From an uncultured Methanosarcinaceae archaeon (GTDB lineage Archaea > Halobacteriota > Methanosarcinia > Methanosarcinales > Methanosarcinaceae): a DNA stretch of 64,000 nucleotides. A program made the translations under genes and the position numbers. Location of the stretch: positions 1-64,000 of the forward strand of contig CAWHXP010000002.1 of assembly GCA_963833425.1 (NCBI GenBank), given 5' to 3'. Of the stretch, positions 43,267-55,770 are shown piece after piece. Below the pieces are notes generated by a model, which was not told the DNA's origin, made no database searches, and saw only the letters and a list, made by a program, of their open reading frames with translations. The number at the start of each line of letters is the position of its first letter. The stretch's first letter is position 1.

Positions 43267-44347
43267 ATTAATAAAAAAAGAAATATTTGAAATTGCAGAG
43301 TATGTTCCCGGAAAATCCATCGAAGATATAGCTTATGCTTACAAGCTTGATAAGGCTTCGATTATCAAGTTAGGTTCGAATGAAAATCCCCTGGGGCCCT
43401 CTTCAAAAGCTGTTCAGGCTCTAATAGATGCAGCTCCTTACGCAAATATTTATCCATCGGCAGACGCGCTTGAATTTAGAGAAGCTCTCTCGAAATATAC
43501 AGGCTTTCCAGTTTCTAACATCGTAGCATCAGGGCCTGGAATGGATGGGCTACTTGATGGACTTTCTAGGCTAATGATCGAAAAAGGAGATGAGGTTATA
43601 ATTCCTATTCCTACCTTTGCCTATTATGAACTGGCAGCTCGAGCATGCGGAGGGAAACCAATATTTGTCAGACGGAACGAAGACTTTTCTCTGGACCCTC
43701 AGAAAGTTCTGGAAGCCGAGTCTTCCAGGACAAAAATAATTTTCCTTTGTTCCCCTAATAATCCATCGGGTAATCTTCTTCCAGAATTTAGCCTTAGAAA
43801 GATACTTAATAATACCAGGGCCCTTGTGTTTGTTGACGAAGCTTATGTAGAGTTTGCAGACAGAAACCTTGTTGGTCTTGTGCAGGAGTATGATAATTTT
43901 GTTGTGGGTAGAACTTTTTCCAAGGTATTCGGTCTTGCAGGCCTGCGTCTTGGTTATGGAATTCTGCCAGAATGGTTGGCAAAAGTGTATATTAAGGCGG
44001 CAACTCCATTCTCAGTAAGCCTTCCGGCCTTAAAGGCCGGAATAGCCGCTCTTTTAGATGTCGAGCACGTAAGGAAGACCATAGAAATTACAAGGGGGGG
44101 CAGAGAATATCTTAAAGAAAAAATTCCTTTCAAGGTTTATCCTTCTCAGGCAAATTTCGTACTTGTAGATGTTGCTCCTTTAAAAGCAAAAGTAATTGCA
44201 GAAGCTCTAATGAAAAAAGGGATAATCGTGCGCCCCTGCGATTCTTTTAGAGATGCCGGGGAAACCTTTATCAGGTTAACAGTTGGCACCCCGGAACAGA
44301 ACAAAAAGGTTGTCAAGTCTTTTACAGCTATAAAAAAGGAGATTTAA
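43244..44347 (+). CDS. hisC: Histidinol-phosphate aminotransferase
   Basis: [37 protein letters not shown]. Confidence 0.93.
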   Translation: MISLSRPELIKKEIFEIAEYVPGKSIEDIAYAYKLDKASIIKLGSNENPLGPSSKAVQALIDAAPYANIYPSADALEFREALSKYTGFPVSNIVASGPGMDGLLDGLSRLMIEKGDEVIIPIPTFAYYELAARACGGKPIFVRRNEDFSLDPQKVLEAESSRTKIIFLCSPNNPSGNLLPEFSLRKILNNTRALVFVDEAYVEFADRNLVGLVQEYDNFVVGRTFSKVFGLAGLRLGYGILPEWLAKVYIKAATPFSVSLPALKAGIAALLDVEHVRKTIEITRGGREYLKEKIPFKVYPSQANFVLVDVAPLKAKVIAEALMKKGIIVRPCDSFRDAGETFIRLTVGTPEQNKKVVKSFTAIKKEI

Positions 44348-44398
44348 AAACTTTTACATTTTCATTAACAAATATTTAATTCTTCCAAATTCTATTTT

Positions 44399-44767
44399 TC
44401 AACCACTTGATTCCTCTATTTCTTCAATTTTCATAAGCGGGTAATTGAGTTCTGTGTTAAATTCCATTCCAACTTTTGCCTTTACAGAACCGTATTTTAC
44501 AGTGATTTTTACTCTAAGCATTGGACCCTGAAGTTCAGAATAGCCAAATTTGTTCCTGAGTTTGCTTTTCAGCATTTCTCGGTCTATATTGACAGAAATT
44601 TCGTTTACATAAGGTTGAATGGAAATACTTTCCTGTATAGCATGCTCAAAATTAGAAACAGTATTTAAATTTATAGGCGAACCTATAAATTGATGGTAGA
44701 GAGCTCCAAGTTTTATCCCTGCTTCAAATAGTGCATTGTCCCTATCAGTTATCTTTTCTCGAATCAA
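44399..44767 (-). CDS. mptD: Archaeal dihydroneopterin aldolase family (MptD)
   Basis: FEAGIKLGALYHQF.G.P, GYSEL, YPLM. Confidence 0.85.
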   Translation of the reverse strand: MIREKITDRDNALFEAGIKLGALYHQFIGSPINLNTVSNFEHAIQESISIQPYVNEISVNIDREMLKSKLRNKFGYSELQGPMLRVKITVKYGSVKAKVGMEFNTELNYPLMKIEEIEESSG

Positions 44768-44820
44768 GTAAATCTCTCCCTACTAGTATTTGTGAGTAAG
44801 CATGCCAAAATGGATCGGGT

Positions 44821-45561
44821 TTATTGCTTTTCATCTTTTTCTCCAGCTTCCAGTTTTTTATCTCGAGAATCTTTGCTATTAAGATTATTAAGCAGAGGAA
44901 TCCTAAAAAAGGGAGATGACAGATAAATTAGCATTAGTATAAAAGGCAAAACAGAAAAAATCCGCATATACTCTAACATATTAATAAAATAGAAAAATGT
45001 GATTAGCCCGAAAATGGAAGCTATAAAAGCTAGGATCTTTGTATTTCTGATCTTTGGGTAATTCACGCTACTTACCATAAGAATGGAAAGAGTAAGCGTA
45101 AGAGCAAGAAGGAAGTCTATCCTTACAAAATATTTGTCCAGCAAAAGATAGGCCACAAGCGTAACACAACCTGCGGGAATAGGGAGCCCTTCAAATCCAT
45201 TTTTCTGGGAATATATTGACGAATTAAAACGTGCGAGCCTTAGAACACCACATACCGTGTAAAAAGCCGAAAGTACCTCAACTATTGGATCTTCTCCTCC
45301 GAATCCTATGTATATCAGAAAAGCAGGAGCAACCCCAAATGAAACTGCATCAGCAAGAGTATCAAGATTTTTCCCAAGTTCACCTCCTTCGAACCGCCTA
45401 GCAATGTAGCCATCAGCTCCATCTGCAACTACTGCTAGTAGGAGTAAGATCAAAGCAAGATCAAAAGAGCCATTGTGGCTAACTGAAATAGCGCTAATTC
45501 CGCAGATAAGGTTCAAAAGGGAGACAAAGTCCGGGAGTCTTAATATTTTAAATATGTTCAT
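44821..45561 (-). CDS. pssA: Archaetidylserine synthase
   Basis: DGADGYIAR, LDTLADAVSFGVAP, LRLARFN, FEGLPIP. Confidence 0.92.
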   Translation of the reverse strand: MNIFKILRLPDFVSLLNLICGISAISVSHNGSFDLALILLLLAVVADGADGYIARRFEGGELGKNLDTLADAVSFGVAPAFLIYIGFGGEDPIVEVLSAFYTVCGVLRLARFNSSIYSQKNGFEGLPIPAGCVTLVAYLLLDKYFVRIDFLLALTLTLSILMVSSVNYPKIRNTKILAFIASIFGLITFFYFINMLEYMRIFSVLPFILMLIYLSSPFFRIPLLNNLNSKDSRDKKLEAGEKDEKQ

Positions 45562-46186
45562 ATTCAAAGTCCCTATCATATTTTATTTTTGCTATAACTG
45601 TCTTGCCTGCCAGTACTCTCTCCCCTTTTCCTACTGTGATGTCGAAATCTTCCGGAATTGTTACGTCTACCCTTGATCCAAAACGAATCATTCCTATGCG
45701 TTGTCCCTGCTCGATGACATCGTTCACCCTTGAATATGAGACAATTCTGCGGGCGATTGCGCCAGCTATCTGTATAACGCTGACGTCTCCATATTTACTA
45801 TTGATAACGAACTCGTTTCTTTCGTTTCTTTCAGAGTCTTTACGGTATGCAGGAAGATATCCACCTTTTTTATAGGTTATTTCCTTGATTTTTCCGGAAA
45901 TTGGAGCTCTATTTACATGTACATTCTGGAAAAACATGAAAATACAGATTTTTCGGTCTCTGATGTCTATAACTGTACCATCTGCTGGTGAAATCATATA
46001 AGTGTCCGAAACTTCCACTTTTCTTTCTGGATCTCTGAAAAAAAGAACCACGAAGAAAGTTAATGCTATTCCTATGTAAACAGCATGATTGAGTGAAGAA
46101 CTGTTCATCATCCTGGAGAGGATTGCAAACAGTGAAGTTACCGATACCGCCGTAAAAATCCAAGGTTCTGAGCCCTTCGCAATCAT
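45548..46186 (-). CDS. psd: Archaetidylserine/phosphatidylserine decarboxylase
   Basis: FFRDPER, SPADG, NVHVNRAP, IRFGSRVD autocleavage site. Confidence 0.94.
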   Translation of the reverse strand: MIAKGSEPWIFTAVSVTSLFAILSRMMNSSSLNHAVYIGIALTFFVVLFFRDPERKVEVSDTYMISPADGTVIDIRDRKICIFMFFQNVHVNRAPISGKIKEITYKKGGYLPAYRKDSERNERNEFVINSKYGDVSVIQIAGAIARRIVSYSRVNDVIEQGQRIGMIRFGSRVDVTIPEDFDITVGKGERVLAGKTVIAKIKYDRDFEYEHI

Positions 46187-46190
46187 GAAT

Positions 46191-47060
46191 TCAGTCCTCC
46201 CCATGTAGCTTCACTAGGGATCTAAATTCTTCTGAAAGTATGACCCAAATGCCATCAATCATTTCCAGCAGTTCAGGCAGAATTTTGAGCACTACGTATG
46301 AAATTACAATAAGAGCAATTACTGAACCAGCCTTTGCAATATAATTATGCGCGATTATAAAGCTATTAGCACCAAACCATTGCTCTCCGTAAGCAACTAC
46401 CACAAAAATATCCCTGATAAGATTAAGTGCATAAATCACAGGTACGGATGCGATAAAGGCTGTAGCTAGGCGACTAAGGGGAGCTCTAACTGCGCCTATA
46501 AGTCCCATAAAAAGAGCAATGCTCTCAATTGCTGTACAGGCAAGAATGATCTCTACTGTATGGCCATTAAGGGTTATCATATTCCAGGTTTCCATGTAAG
46601 CAGGAATATCGAAATATTGGAGAATCCAGACTATTTGAGAGGTAACTCCCCCTATAATCCAGATATTTAGGTAAGGAAAATTCGCAAATGGAAAGTAAAA
46701 GAGAGCTCCGAGTGCACAAGCACTTGTGAGCATCGAAGTTACATTTAGAAAATCCACTCTATCCCGTGTTGAAAATTTCGAGTGCAGGATCTCTCCATTA
46801 TTTAGTAGACTGATGGGGCCTTCTCTGTACTCGTGAAACATAATAAATGCCACAAATATACAAAATAAAGTAACAACTGCTGACAGGAGCATATTTACAT
46901 AGTCCATGACCTTGAGGTAATAGAAAGGCTGATAACTCCAATAAACGGAAAATGTACACCATCCTATCCCTCCGAAAATTTTACGAATCCTTGATGTTCT
47001 AGGGAAGGCAGATGAAGTGACCATTAACCCTACTGCGAGCCATAGTGTATTCTCTATCAT
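46191..47060 (-). CDS. artA: Archaeosortase A
   Basis: IILACTAIESIALF, NLIRD, AHNYIAK; clustered with psd and pssA. Confidence 0.93.
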   Translation of the reverse strand: MIENTLWLAVGLMVTSSAFPRTSRIRKIFGGIGWCTFSVYWSYQPFYYLKVMDYVNMLLSAVVTLFCIFVAFIMFHEYREGPISLLNNGEILHSKFSTRDRVDFLNVTSMLTSACALGALFYFPFANFPYLNIWIIGGVTSQIVWILQYFDIPAYMETWNMITLNGHTVEIILACTAIESIALFMGLIGAVRAPLSRLATAFIASVPVIYALNLIRDIFVVVAYGEQWFGANSFIIAHNYIAKAGSVIALIVISYVVLKILPELLEMIDGIWVILSEEFRSLVKLHGED

Positions 47061-49158
47061 TTTTACGCACCTTTTTGGCCAAGATAAATACAAATTATAT
47101 ATTCTCTTTCCTTATTTTGATTCCTGAGAAAATTTCGGGCAATTGAAGTTTCTTAAAGTAGCATATGAAATTCTCTAAAATAATTAATAGATTTCCATTA
47201 GATACTTCTAACAGTTTCAATATATGAGAGTTTTATACTATTTGGTGAGCTTTGATTCATTGCAGTCAATTACTATTGGAATTAATTGTAATTTTTTAGA
47301 TCCTAGGAAATATTCAAAATTTCCAATATATTCATTTACGTAATATTAAAGTGATTCATAGATTCTGGATTTTATTTTTTCACATAATGAAATTTTACCT
47401 CCGTAGATATGAAGCTCAAATGAATATTGTAGATAAGATAAAGAATTTCTATTATACAAAAATAGCGTTACAAAAGTATACTTATTTATATAAAACTAGC
47501 GGAATGAAACAATAATGGGAATAGAGCAAAAGGAATTGTAACTATTTAGATTATCTTTTATCGTTGCTACCTTGAGCACCGGTGAAATTAACCTCTATAA
47601 CCGCTCCCGACTCTTTCGGATTATAGTAAATATAGGCTCTACTCTGCAGCAAGCTGTAGCTCATTGTATACTTCTAAAAGTTCCGGACATTTTTGTATCG
47701 TACAAGCTTATCAAATATATTTTTTTGCCTATATTTGTGGAATTGAACATCATTTTCCTTGTTTTTGAAGTTTTGAAGAAGGCGGACTTCCTTCACTTCC
47801 TTTCAAGACTAAGGTGCCGAATCTTATTTTCAACGCTTTAATCTGCTCAAAATTCAAATCTTGAATTTGCCCTTTGTATTCATCCGTATGTTTTTTATTT
47901 CTGTTTAAAGCTTATTCATATCTTCGGATCATTGCTCTATATAATTCTCTTTAACGAAGTTAAGTTATTTATAGAGATTGGCATTGCAAAGATAATTAGC
48001 AAATTCGTAACTTTTTTAGGATTTTTATCTATTCTAAACTGTTATTCTTTCAAATTTCAAAAGAATTCGCATACTTCTATTACTTAAGATCCCCTGTTTG
48101 GATGAAAAATATATCAAGTATGTTTGTCATTTGAAGTAAAATGCCCAATGGCCCCTTTCTTGATTTTCGTTCCTATTTCATCACAATTGATGACAGGATA
48201 GTTATTAACTTATCCCTAATCAAATTTTCAAAATTCTCCAAATTTCGGAAACATTCTTTTTTCGTTTTATTTATGATAGCAGAACAGATTTTCATTCCAT
48301 AATACTGGTAAAAACTCTGAAATACTTTCATAGAGGATAAGCGGGTAGTTTTATACATAGACTTGTGAAGCTCGTCAAACTTCTCAGGAATAGTTGGTGT
48401 GGAACCACATTGAAATCTTAATATTTTAAAACTTTTTTGTGGAAATTTGTATAATTTGGTTTCTCTTTAATAAAAAAATTAGTGGAAGGGGGTTTGGTAA
48501 TGTCAAGACTGTTTTGATTCAAGCGAACTTTTAATAAAATTTGTCTTCCGGTGAGTTCTTTGATTTGGGACTCAAAGTCTCTTGATAAAAGCAATAACTT
48601 TAAAGTTTGAAGCACTAGGAGCAAAAAATCTATTCATGTTTTATCCACGATAAAAATAATTCATATTATATTCAATTATTCCTCGTTCCGATGAAAAATA
48701 ATGGATTCGCTCTCAAGGCCCCATTAGTAGTTACAAAAAGCTCTTAAATTTAATGAACAAGAATCATTTAATGAAGTTCACTAAATAGAAAACTATTCTG
48801 CTTGATAGGACTTCTATTCTGAGTGTCAAATATTGATACAATTATTCCGATCGAATTGAATATAAATGCAATGAAATGAACTTTTTAGAACATGCTCAAA
48901 AAAATGTGTAAGGATAATTGAAATAGGATGACGCGTTTCTACGTTATACACAATAATAATAAATTGAGGATTCCTATGAACCCAAATTTATTCATATGCA
49001 TATAAGCGGTATATATGCGGTATATAAATGACTCGTTAAAATCAGAAATTTATCTAAATCCTTAATTATTTAATCTGGCGTTTCTGCTGGTAAAAGCTGA
49101 TTCAGAAAGTAATTAGTCTGCGAAAAGGAATCCAAAAAGGTAAATTACGAGGCATTTT

Positions 49159-49594
49159 ATGTTACCACAAACCCCTAGTTTAACTGTTGATGCCATAATC
49201 CTCTTAGAAAACAGGGTTGTTCTTGTGAAGAGGAAGAATTATCCTTTCCAGGGAAATTTTGCTCTTCCTGGGGGCTTCGTCACAATAGGGGAAAGTACTG
49301 AGAAAGCAGTTATAAGAGAATCTTTTGAAGAGACATAGCCTTCTTGTAGAGATTATAAAATTGGTTGGGGTCTATTCCGATCCTCAACGTGATCCCAGAG
49401 GACATATAGTTTCAGTATGTTACCTTACAAAGGGATCAGGAAGGCTAAGATCAAGTTCCGATGCTTCTTCTGTCGAACTTTTTGAGCTTGAGTCGGTTCC
49501 TGAACTGGCTTTTGACCATAATAAAATGATAAATGATGCAAAAAGTGATATCAATGCAGTTCTGTACCAAATGCAAAAGCATGATGTTTCCTAA
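49159..49594 (+). CDS. NUDIX hydrolase, frameshift near 49322
   Basis: LTVDAII, ALPGGFV.IGESTE.AV.RE | EET.L, GVYSDP.RDPRGH, LAFDH. Confidence 0.85.
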
Positions 49595-49868
49595 AGATGG
49601 TAATTATCTGTGCAAAAAATGCGGGAATATAATACCGATTGAGAATAATGCACAGAATTTTGTTTCAAAAGCCATGATCGAAGATCGTGAAGTAGTGGTT
49701 CTTGAAGGTGAACAGATTTCAGGTTTGCCAACAACAAGTGCAAAATGCCCAGAGTGTGGAAATAACACTGCTTCCTGGTGGCTCAGGCAGCTTAGGTCTG
49801 CAGACGAATCGGAAACCCGTTTCTTCAAGTGTACAAAATGCAGGTTCACATGGAGAGAATACGACTGA
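49554..49868 (+). CDS. tfs: Transcription factor S (RpoM/TFS)
   Basis: Two Zn ribbons; QLRSADESETRFFKC. Confidence 0.95.
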   Translation: MQFCTKCKSMMFPKDGNYLCKKCGNIIPIENNAQNFVSKAMIEDREVVVLEGEQISGLPTTSAKCPECGNNTASWWLRQLRSADESETRFFKCTKCRFTWREYD

Positions 49869-50190
49869 GAATCAGATGTTTTTCTACACGAATTTTAAAA
49901 GTATTTACAGAAAAATAATGCATATTATCAGAAAAGTGAATTCTCAGATGTGAGATAAGAGCTATTTTCTGCTCAAGGCAGATCCTGAAGCCTTCTTGTA
50001 TTCTGACCAAGATTTATATAGTTACCAAGAGTTTGGATTAATGATTTTCCAGATTTCAGATAGCTACTAAACTTTTTTTGGAAGTTTTTCCCTTCGGAAA
50101 AACTGAAAACTTCCAAATCTGTAAAGAAATATATATATCGCAAGGGTAATAAAGAGTTTGAGATTTAAATTTATTTAGCGGAGAAGAATT

Positions 50191-50929
50191 ATGTTCAAGG
50201 CAGCAATTAATGCAGAGCTTCTGAAAGACGCAATTGCCGCACTGGCTGTAATTGTAGATGAGGTTAGATTTAAAATAAAACCGGAAGGCATTTCGGTAAA
50301 AGCTGTTGATCCTGCCAACGTTGCAATGGGGATTTTTGAGCTTGGATCATCAGCTTTCGACGAATATAGCGCTGATGAGTGTGAAATCGGAATTGACCTG
50401 AACAAGATTACGGATCTGCTAGGGATTACGGATAAGAGCGACACAATTAGGATGGAACTCGAAGAGGGAAATCATAAGCTTCGGATTAATGTTGGAGGGC
50501 TGTCTTATACCCTTTCTCTTCTCGATCCCTCTACAATTCGTGCAGAACCAAGAGTTCCTCAGCTTGAGTTACCTGTAAAAGTTGTTCTGAACGGTGCAGA
50601 TCTCAGGCGTGCGGTGAAAGCCGCAGAAAAAATAAGCGACCATATGCTCATGGGAGTTTCTGGTGATACTTTTTATATGGAAGCAAGAGGTGATACTGAT
50701 CAAGTTCGCTTGGAGATGGGTAGAGATCAGTTAATTGACTTGAAGGCAGGTGAAGTCTGTTCTCTCTTTTCCCTGGACTATCTGACAGATATAGTCAAAC
50801 CCACAAACAAAGTCAATGAGGTTACCCTCTCTCTTGGAAAAGATTTTCCTGATCCTTATAGATTTTGAAATTGCAAATGGCGCAGGAAAAATTTCTTACT
50901 TCCTGGCTCCAAGAATCGAATCGGATTAA
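50191..50929 (+). CDS. pcn: DNA polymerase sliding clamp PCNA; +1 frameshift near 50851 (likely artefact)
   Basis: AVDPANVAM, FSLDYL; shifted frame gives ILIDFEIANGAGKISYFLAPRIESD*. Confidence 0.95.
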
Positions 50930-50933
50930 TATC

Positions 50934-51982
50934 ATGCAGGCAGATAAATTTGCATATTATCCGTTTATTTCAGAAGCATCTACCCATGTTGAAAATCTAG
51001 GAATTTCTTTGGATAGTTTGCTTAATTCCCGTGCTTTCCGGACCGCAAGGGTCCGGGGAATTGAAAGAGTTAAAGAGTCTCTTGATGGGGAAATCAGTAA
51101 ATTTCATTTATCTGGGGAGGTTCAAGTTCTCTCTGAACTCCTTTCGTATCCTATCGCCAGGATGGTGGTTGCATGCGTGAATGATCAACTCTTCACCCGT
51201 CGCTATGCTTTGGCGGAAGCTAAAGCTGCCTATAATATTCTCAAAAATGAAAATCCGACTTTTCTACTTGAGTTCGGAGAAGATTTTAGAATTTCAGTAG
51301 AATTCAAGGATACTTATTTCATCATGCATTTTACGGATTATATTCACTTATTCAAATTCCCTTAAGGATCCTGCCTGGAAACTTACAAATCGCAATTTCA
51401 GAGCTGGAAAAGTAAGTATTACCAAAGAAGAATTTGCAAGGCTCCTTGAAGAAGCAATAAGAGAGCGGATTGAACATTTATTACCTATTCCTGAGATCCC
51501 TGAAGAAGTTTCTAATTTCTGTGCCCCGTATATTGCCGAGATAAAGGATCAGTTCGAGATCCAAAAGAAAAAATTTTGGGCAACGGATTTTGGGATTGTT
51601 GAGCCAGAGCTTTTTCCCCCATGTATTTTCCATGCCACTTGCAAACGTAAAGGGCGGGGTGAATCTTGCACATTCGATGCGTTTTGCCATGACATCTTTC
51701 CTGCTTAGCGTTGGAATGTCAGTAGATGAAATTCTCAACCTTTTCAACGTCTCTCCTGATTTTGGCGCCGAAAAAACCCTTTACCAGATAGAGCACATTT
51801 CAGGCTCTACAGGAAATAAATATAAGCCACCTGCCTGCGATACCATGAGGACCTATGGCAATTGTATTGGGAAAGATAGATTATGTGAAAAAATCAAACA
51901 TCCTCTGAGTTATTACGAAAAGAGGATATATTTGAAAAATAAGGAAAAAGAAAATGTGACTGAAAAAGAACAAGGTAAGTGA
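50934..51982 (+). CDS. priL: DNA primase large subunit PriL; two frameshifts (likely artefact)
   Basis: YPF, ELLSYP, WKLTNR, FPPCI, HSMRFA, YQIEHI, Y.PPAC.TM..YGNC, HPL.YY. Confidence 0.92.
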
Positions 51983-52261
51983 CGTTATATCGTCAAATTA
52001 AACTTATTTTTGCAGGTGTCACAATCAATTTTCACTTAAATGGAAACTGTTTTGATAATTTTTACTTTAATATCTTTCGTTTATGGTATCGACTTCAGTT
52101 GAAATTTGTACAAAAAAATGACAGATTTCAAAAATGAAGCTCATGCCATTTTATTCGTCTCAAATGCTACATTTAAGTGATGTATTGATGATATTTTTTG
52201 CAGAAACTGTATAGTAATTGAATCAGAAATCTCTCCCTAGAAGACCGTTGACCAAATGTGA

Positions 52262-52653
52262 GGGGGGAAATTGCTCAGGATGGTTTGAATGTATACCAAT
52301 ATGTGGATAAATTCTACAATGGAGAATCACAAAAAAATTGTCAAAGGTAGCAAGTTGGATTCTAAAGCAGATTACTCAGACAGCAGCAAGAAAAAAATCG
52401 CAAATTAAAAGATTTTTTTAACCTGAAGAAGAAATCAATAGAACATATAAAGTCAGTTATTGACTTGGCAAGTAAAATTGCTACAACAATATGGCATCTC
52501 ATTACAAATTATGAGATATACAAAGATGAAAGAGGTATAAAAACGAAAAATTTAAGAAAAAAATGGTGAGACTGAGATATTTGTTGATAAATGTATGAAA
52601 ATAATTGGTTAAGTAATAGCAACTATGGGAAAAGAGGACTGGGAAGTACATAA
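52262..52653 (+). pseudogene. IS110-family transposase C-terminal relic
   Basis: Fragments NVYQ..DKFYNG.ITK, WIL.QI.Q.AARKK, KS....SVIDLASKIATTIWHLITNYEIY. Confidence 0.7.
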
Positions 52654-53097
52654 GAAGATAGTCTCAGGTACTTCATGATAAAATTGAAGACTTGAGTATT
52701 TATTGTAGTTTGAAAAATAGAAAGAAGTATACTCAAATTTATCTTAAAATTATAAAATTCCGGAAAAGTAAGTAAAGTTTATCTTGAAGAAGTCATTATG
52801 ACTTTTAATCGGTAAAAATTCCATAATCAGAGACTTTTTATTATCTCTTCTGGGTTTTTTGATATATTGCAGTCTCAGAACGCAGTAAATAACAATGAAT
52901 TTTTGCGATCCTGAGGATGTTAAAAAGTCTATGGATTAAGTTGTATGTATAATATTTTTTATTATTAATTCTTGAGGAAAAATTGTAAACGAATAAAAAT
53001 AGTCATTTGGAACTATAACAAATTGAAAATACTGTATATAGGATAACTATAAATATCAAAACAAATTTGAGATTACAGTATTATAAAATAAAACGAG

Positions 53098-55563
53098 ATG
53101 GTTGCAATGAATAAAGGCATAAAATATTCGGTTGCAGAAGGATACCACAATGGTTTAAAACTTAGAATAATTACTCTTACAGCAGCTGTCTTAGTTGCTT
53201 TTTTCATGCGCATGCTCTCTTATGCCTCAATTACTGCAAACGGAGGTATAACTTTCAGCGGATATGATCAATTTTATCATATGCGACGCATTCTTTATAC
53301 AGCATACAATTTCCCACATACTCTTAATTTTGATTCTTACCTCAATTATCCTTACGGTTTTGAAATAGGGTGGCCGCCTTTTTTTGATCTGTTAGGTGCT
53401 CTGCTTGCAAAAATCCTGGGAGGAGGTCAGCCAGATTTGCATACTATCGAATTTGCAGGAGCATTATTACCTGTACTTCTTGGGGTATTGACTATAATTC
53501 CACTTTATATAGTAGCTGCTACAATTTTTGACAGAAAAACAGGACTTCTTGCAGCTTTCATTTTTGCATTTATGCCCGCTCATATATATGCATCCAAGTT
53601 TGGGAATGTTAGCCATCATGTAGCAGAAACATTTCTCACAACTGCAGCATATGCATTACTAATACTTGCCTTAAAATGGGCAAGGGAAGGATCTTTTTCC
53701 CCGAGCTCTTTTAAAGATATGTATTCAGAAAAGACAACTGATGAAATCACTGGCTTTTGCAGGGGCATCGGGGATATTCTTATCTCTGTTTATTTTTACA
53801 TGGTTGGGAGCCTTGTTTTTTGTAAGCTTGATAGTATTGTATGCAGTTATACAATCTACTATCGACCTTAAAGCAGGAAAAAGATCTGATTACATTTTCA
53901 TCTGCTTAATAGCAAATCTTTTTGCAACACTTTTATTTACTGTTCCGTTATCAGCGGGATATGCACGATCGGGTTTGGAAATGAGTGCGGTGTATTTTTC
54001 CTGGTTTCAGGTACTCTATGTACTCAGCATGATAGCAGCCACTACTTTTTTATGGGGCTTTTCCATATATATCTCAAAAAAAGGTATGGACTGGAAGTAT
54101 TATCCTAGCATTTTAATACTGATTTTAAGTGCAAGTTTTTTACTTCTCCGCTTTTTTTCAGCTGGAACCTACGCTTTTGTGATAGAAGGAATAAGTTTTT
54201 TCTCGGGAAAAGGTGAATACTTAGGTACTATTTCCGAAGCAATTCCTTTGTTTTTAAATTCAACAGGAAACTTCACCATTACGCAAGCATTAGGAAATTT
54301 CGGACTTTGCTTGCTTGTTGCTCTGGCAGCTTTTTTCCTGTTAGTCCTTGAGTGGAAAAGGGATAAATCAAAACCAGAAAGGGTTTTTTTCCTATTATGG
54401 ACAATCTTTTCAGCATATATCACATTCTCACAAAGACGTTTTTCATATCAGCTCGCAGTAAATATTGCAATCCTTACTTCATATATACTATGGGTTCTGT
54501 TTGAATCCCTAAACTTTGAAACTGAAGTAAACAAAATGGTAATATCTGGACTGAAAAATGGGAACAAAATCTCACTTGACTCTCAAACCGGAAAAAAAGT
54601 AAATGTGAACACAATACCAAGACTTAAAAAAAGGGATTTTTCAGAGCCAAAGAATAAGCAGAGACCCGATTACTTCAAAGTTTTTTCAGCATTGGCGTTG
54701 ATAGGACTCGTTTTTATACCCTGCATATGGATGGGAGTTGCTCTTGCAAAAAGTTCAGACTGGGTTGGTCCAGGTCCAGAATGGCAAAAATCACTCATTT
54801 GGCTCAAAAATTCCAGCCCTGAGACTTCTTATTATCTTCAACCTTCCCAAATTCCAGAATATGGAGTACTGAGCTGGTGGGATTATGGTAACTGGATAGT
54901 ATACCTCTCCAAGAGGCCTGCAATATCTAACAATTTCCAGACCGGTGTTAAAGATTCTGCATATTTCTTTATGTCTGAGTCTGAACAGGAAGCAAAGGCA
55001 ATAATGGACAAACTCAAGGTAAAATATGTGATCACTGATACACCGATGTTAAATGAGAAGTTTGGGGCTATTGCTCATTTCGCAGGAAAGGATTCGAAGG
55101 ATTATTTTAAACAAGTTAACCGTACTTCTGTGATTGCTAAAGAGAAACTTTTTAATACTGAGATATTTAAGCTTCACGACCGTAATGGGGCAAATCTTGG
55201 AAATCTACGGCTCGTACACGAAAGCAATCTCTCGAATGCAGGCCCATAACAAAAGTAATATTGTAAAAATATTTGAATATGTTCCAGGGGCCAAGATTAC
55301 AGGTACTTCAAACCCTAACAAACTTGTCAATGTAACACTTTATCTCAAATCAAACACAGGCAGAGAATTCAAGTATGAAAATAAAGCAGTGGCAGATACG
55401 AACGGTTCATTTGAAATAACTCGTACCCTATTCTACAGAAAAAACTGACAGCGGAATCAATGCTATATCGGCTTATAATCTGAGTGCAGGAGGAAACATT
55501 GCCGGACAAGCAATTTATATAAAAGAAAGTGACGTTCTAAATGGAAATAGAATACAAATATAA
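53098..55563 (+). CDS. aglB: Oligosaccharyltransferase AglB (STT3); frameshifts near 53735, 55245 and 55420
   Basis: YDQFYH.RR, WPPFFD, TISE, QRRF.Y, WWDYG, SNNFQ, KIFEYV.GA, SNTGR.F.Y. Confidence 0.9.
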
Positions 55564-55682
55564 TTTCTACAACGAAATAAAAATTTCCTTTGAGGGTTTT
55601 CAAAATTAATTTTTTAAATATTCTCATTTTATAAGTTTTTTGGAGACATTATTCTCTTTTATTTGTTAGTACATAAGATATA

Positions 55683-55770
55683 GAAGATCTCGATAAATCC
55701 TTAAACTTAATCATATGCTTATGTATGCAATATAAATTACTCGTGAAATAAGCTGTTTATCGAAAATCTC
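55683..55770. mobile_element. ~90-bp MITE, same subfamily as 39160
   Basis: GAAGATCTCGATAAATCCTTAAA...ATAAATTACTCGTGAAA...TTTATCGAAAATCTC. Confidence 0.72.

Noticed and set aside
44821..47060. artA-psd-pssA cluster as a novel system
   Set aside because: Known association for lipid anchoring of PGF-CTERM surface proteins
50840..51600. Programmed frameshifting or a pcn-priL fusion
   Set aside because: No consistent slippery site or stimulator; joining frames gives normal separate PCNA and PriL, and indel errors are common in this stretch
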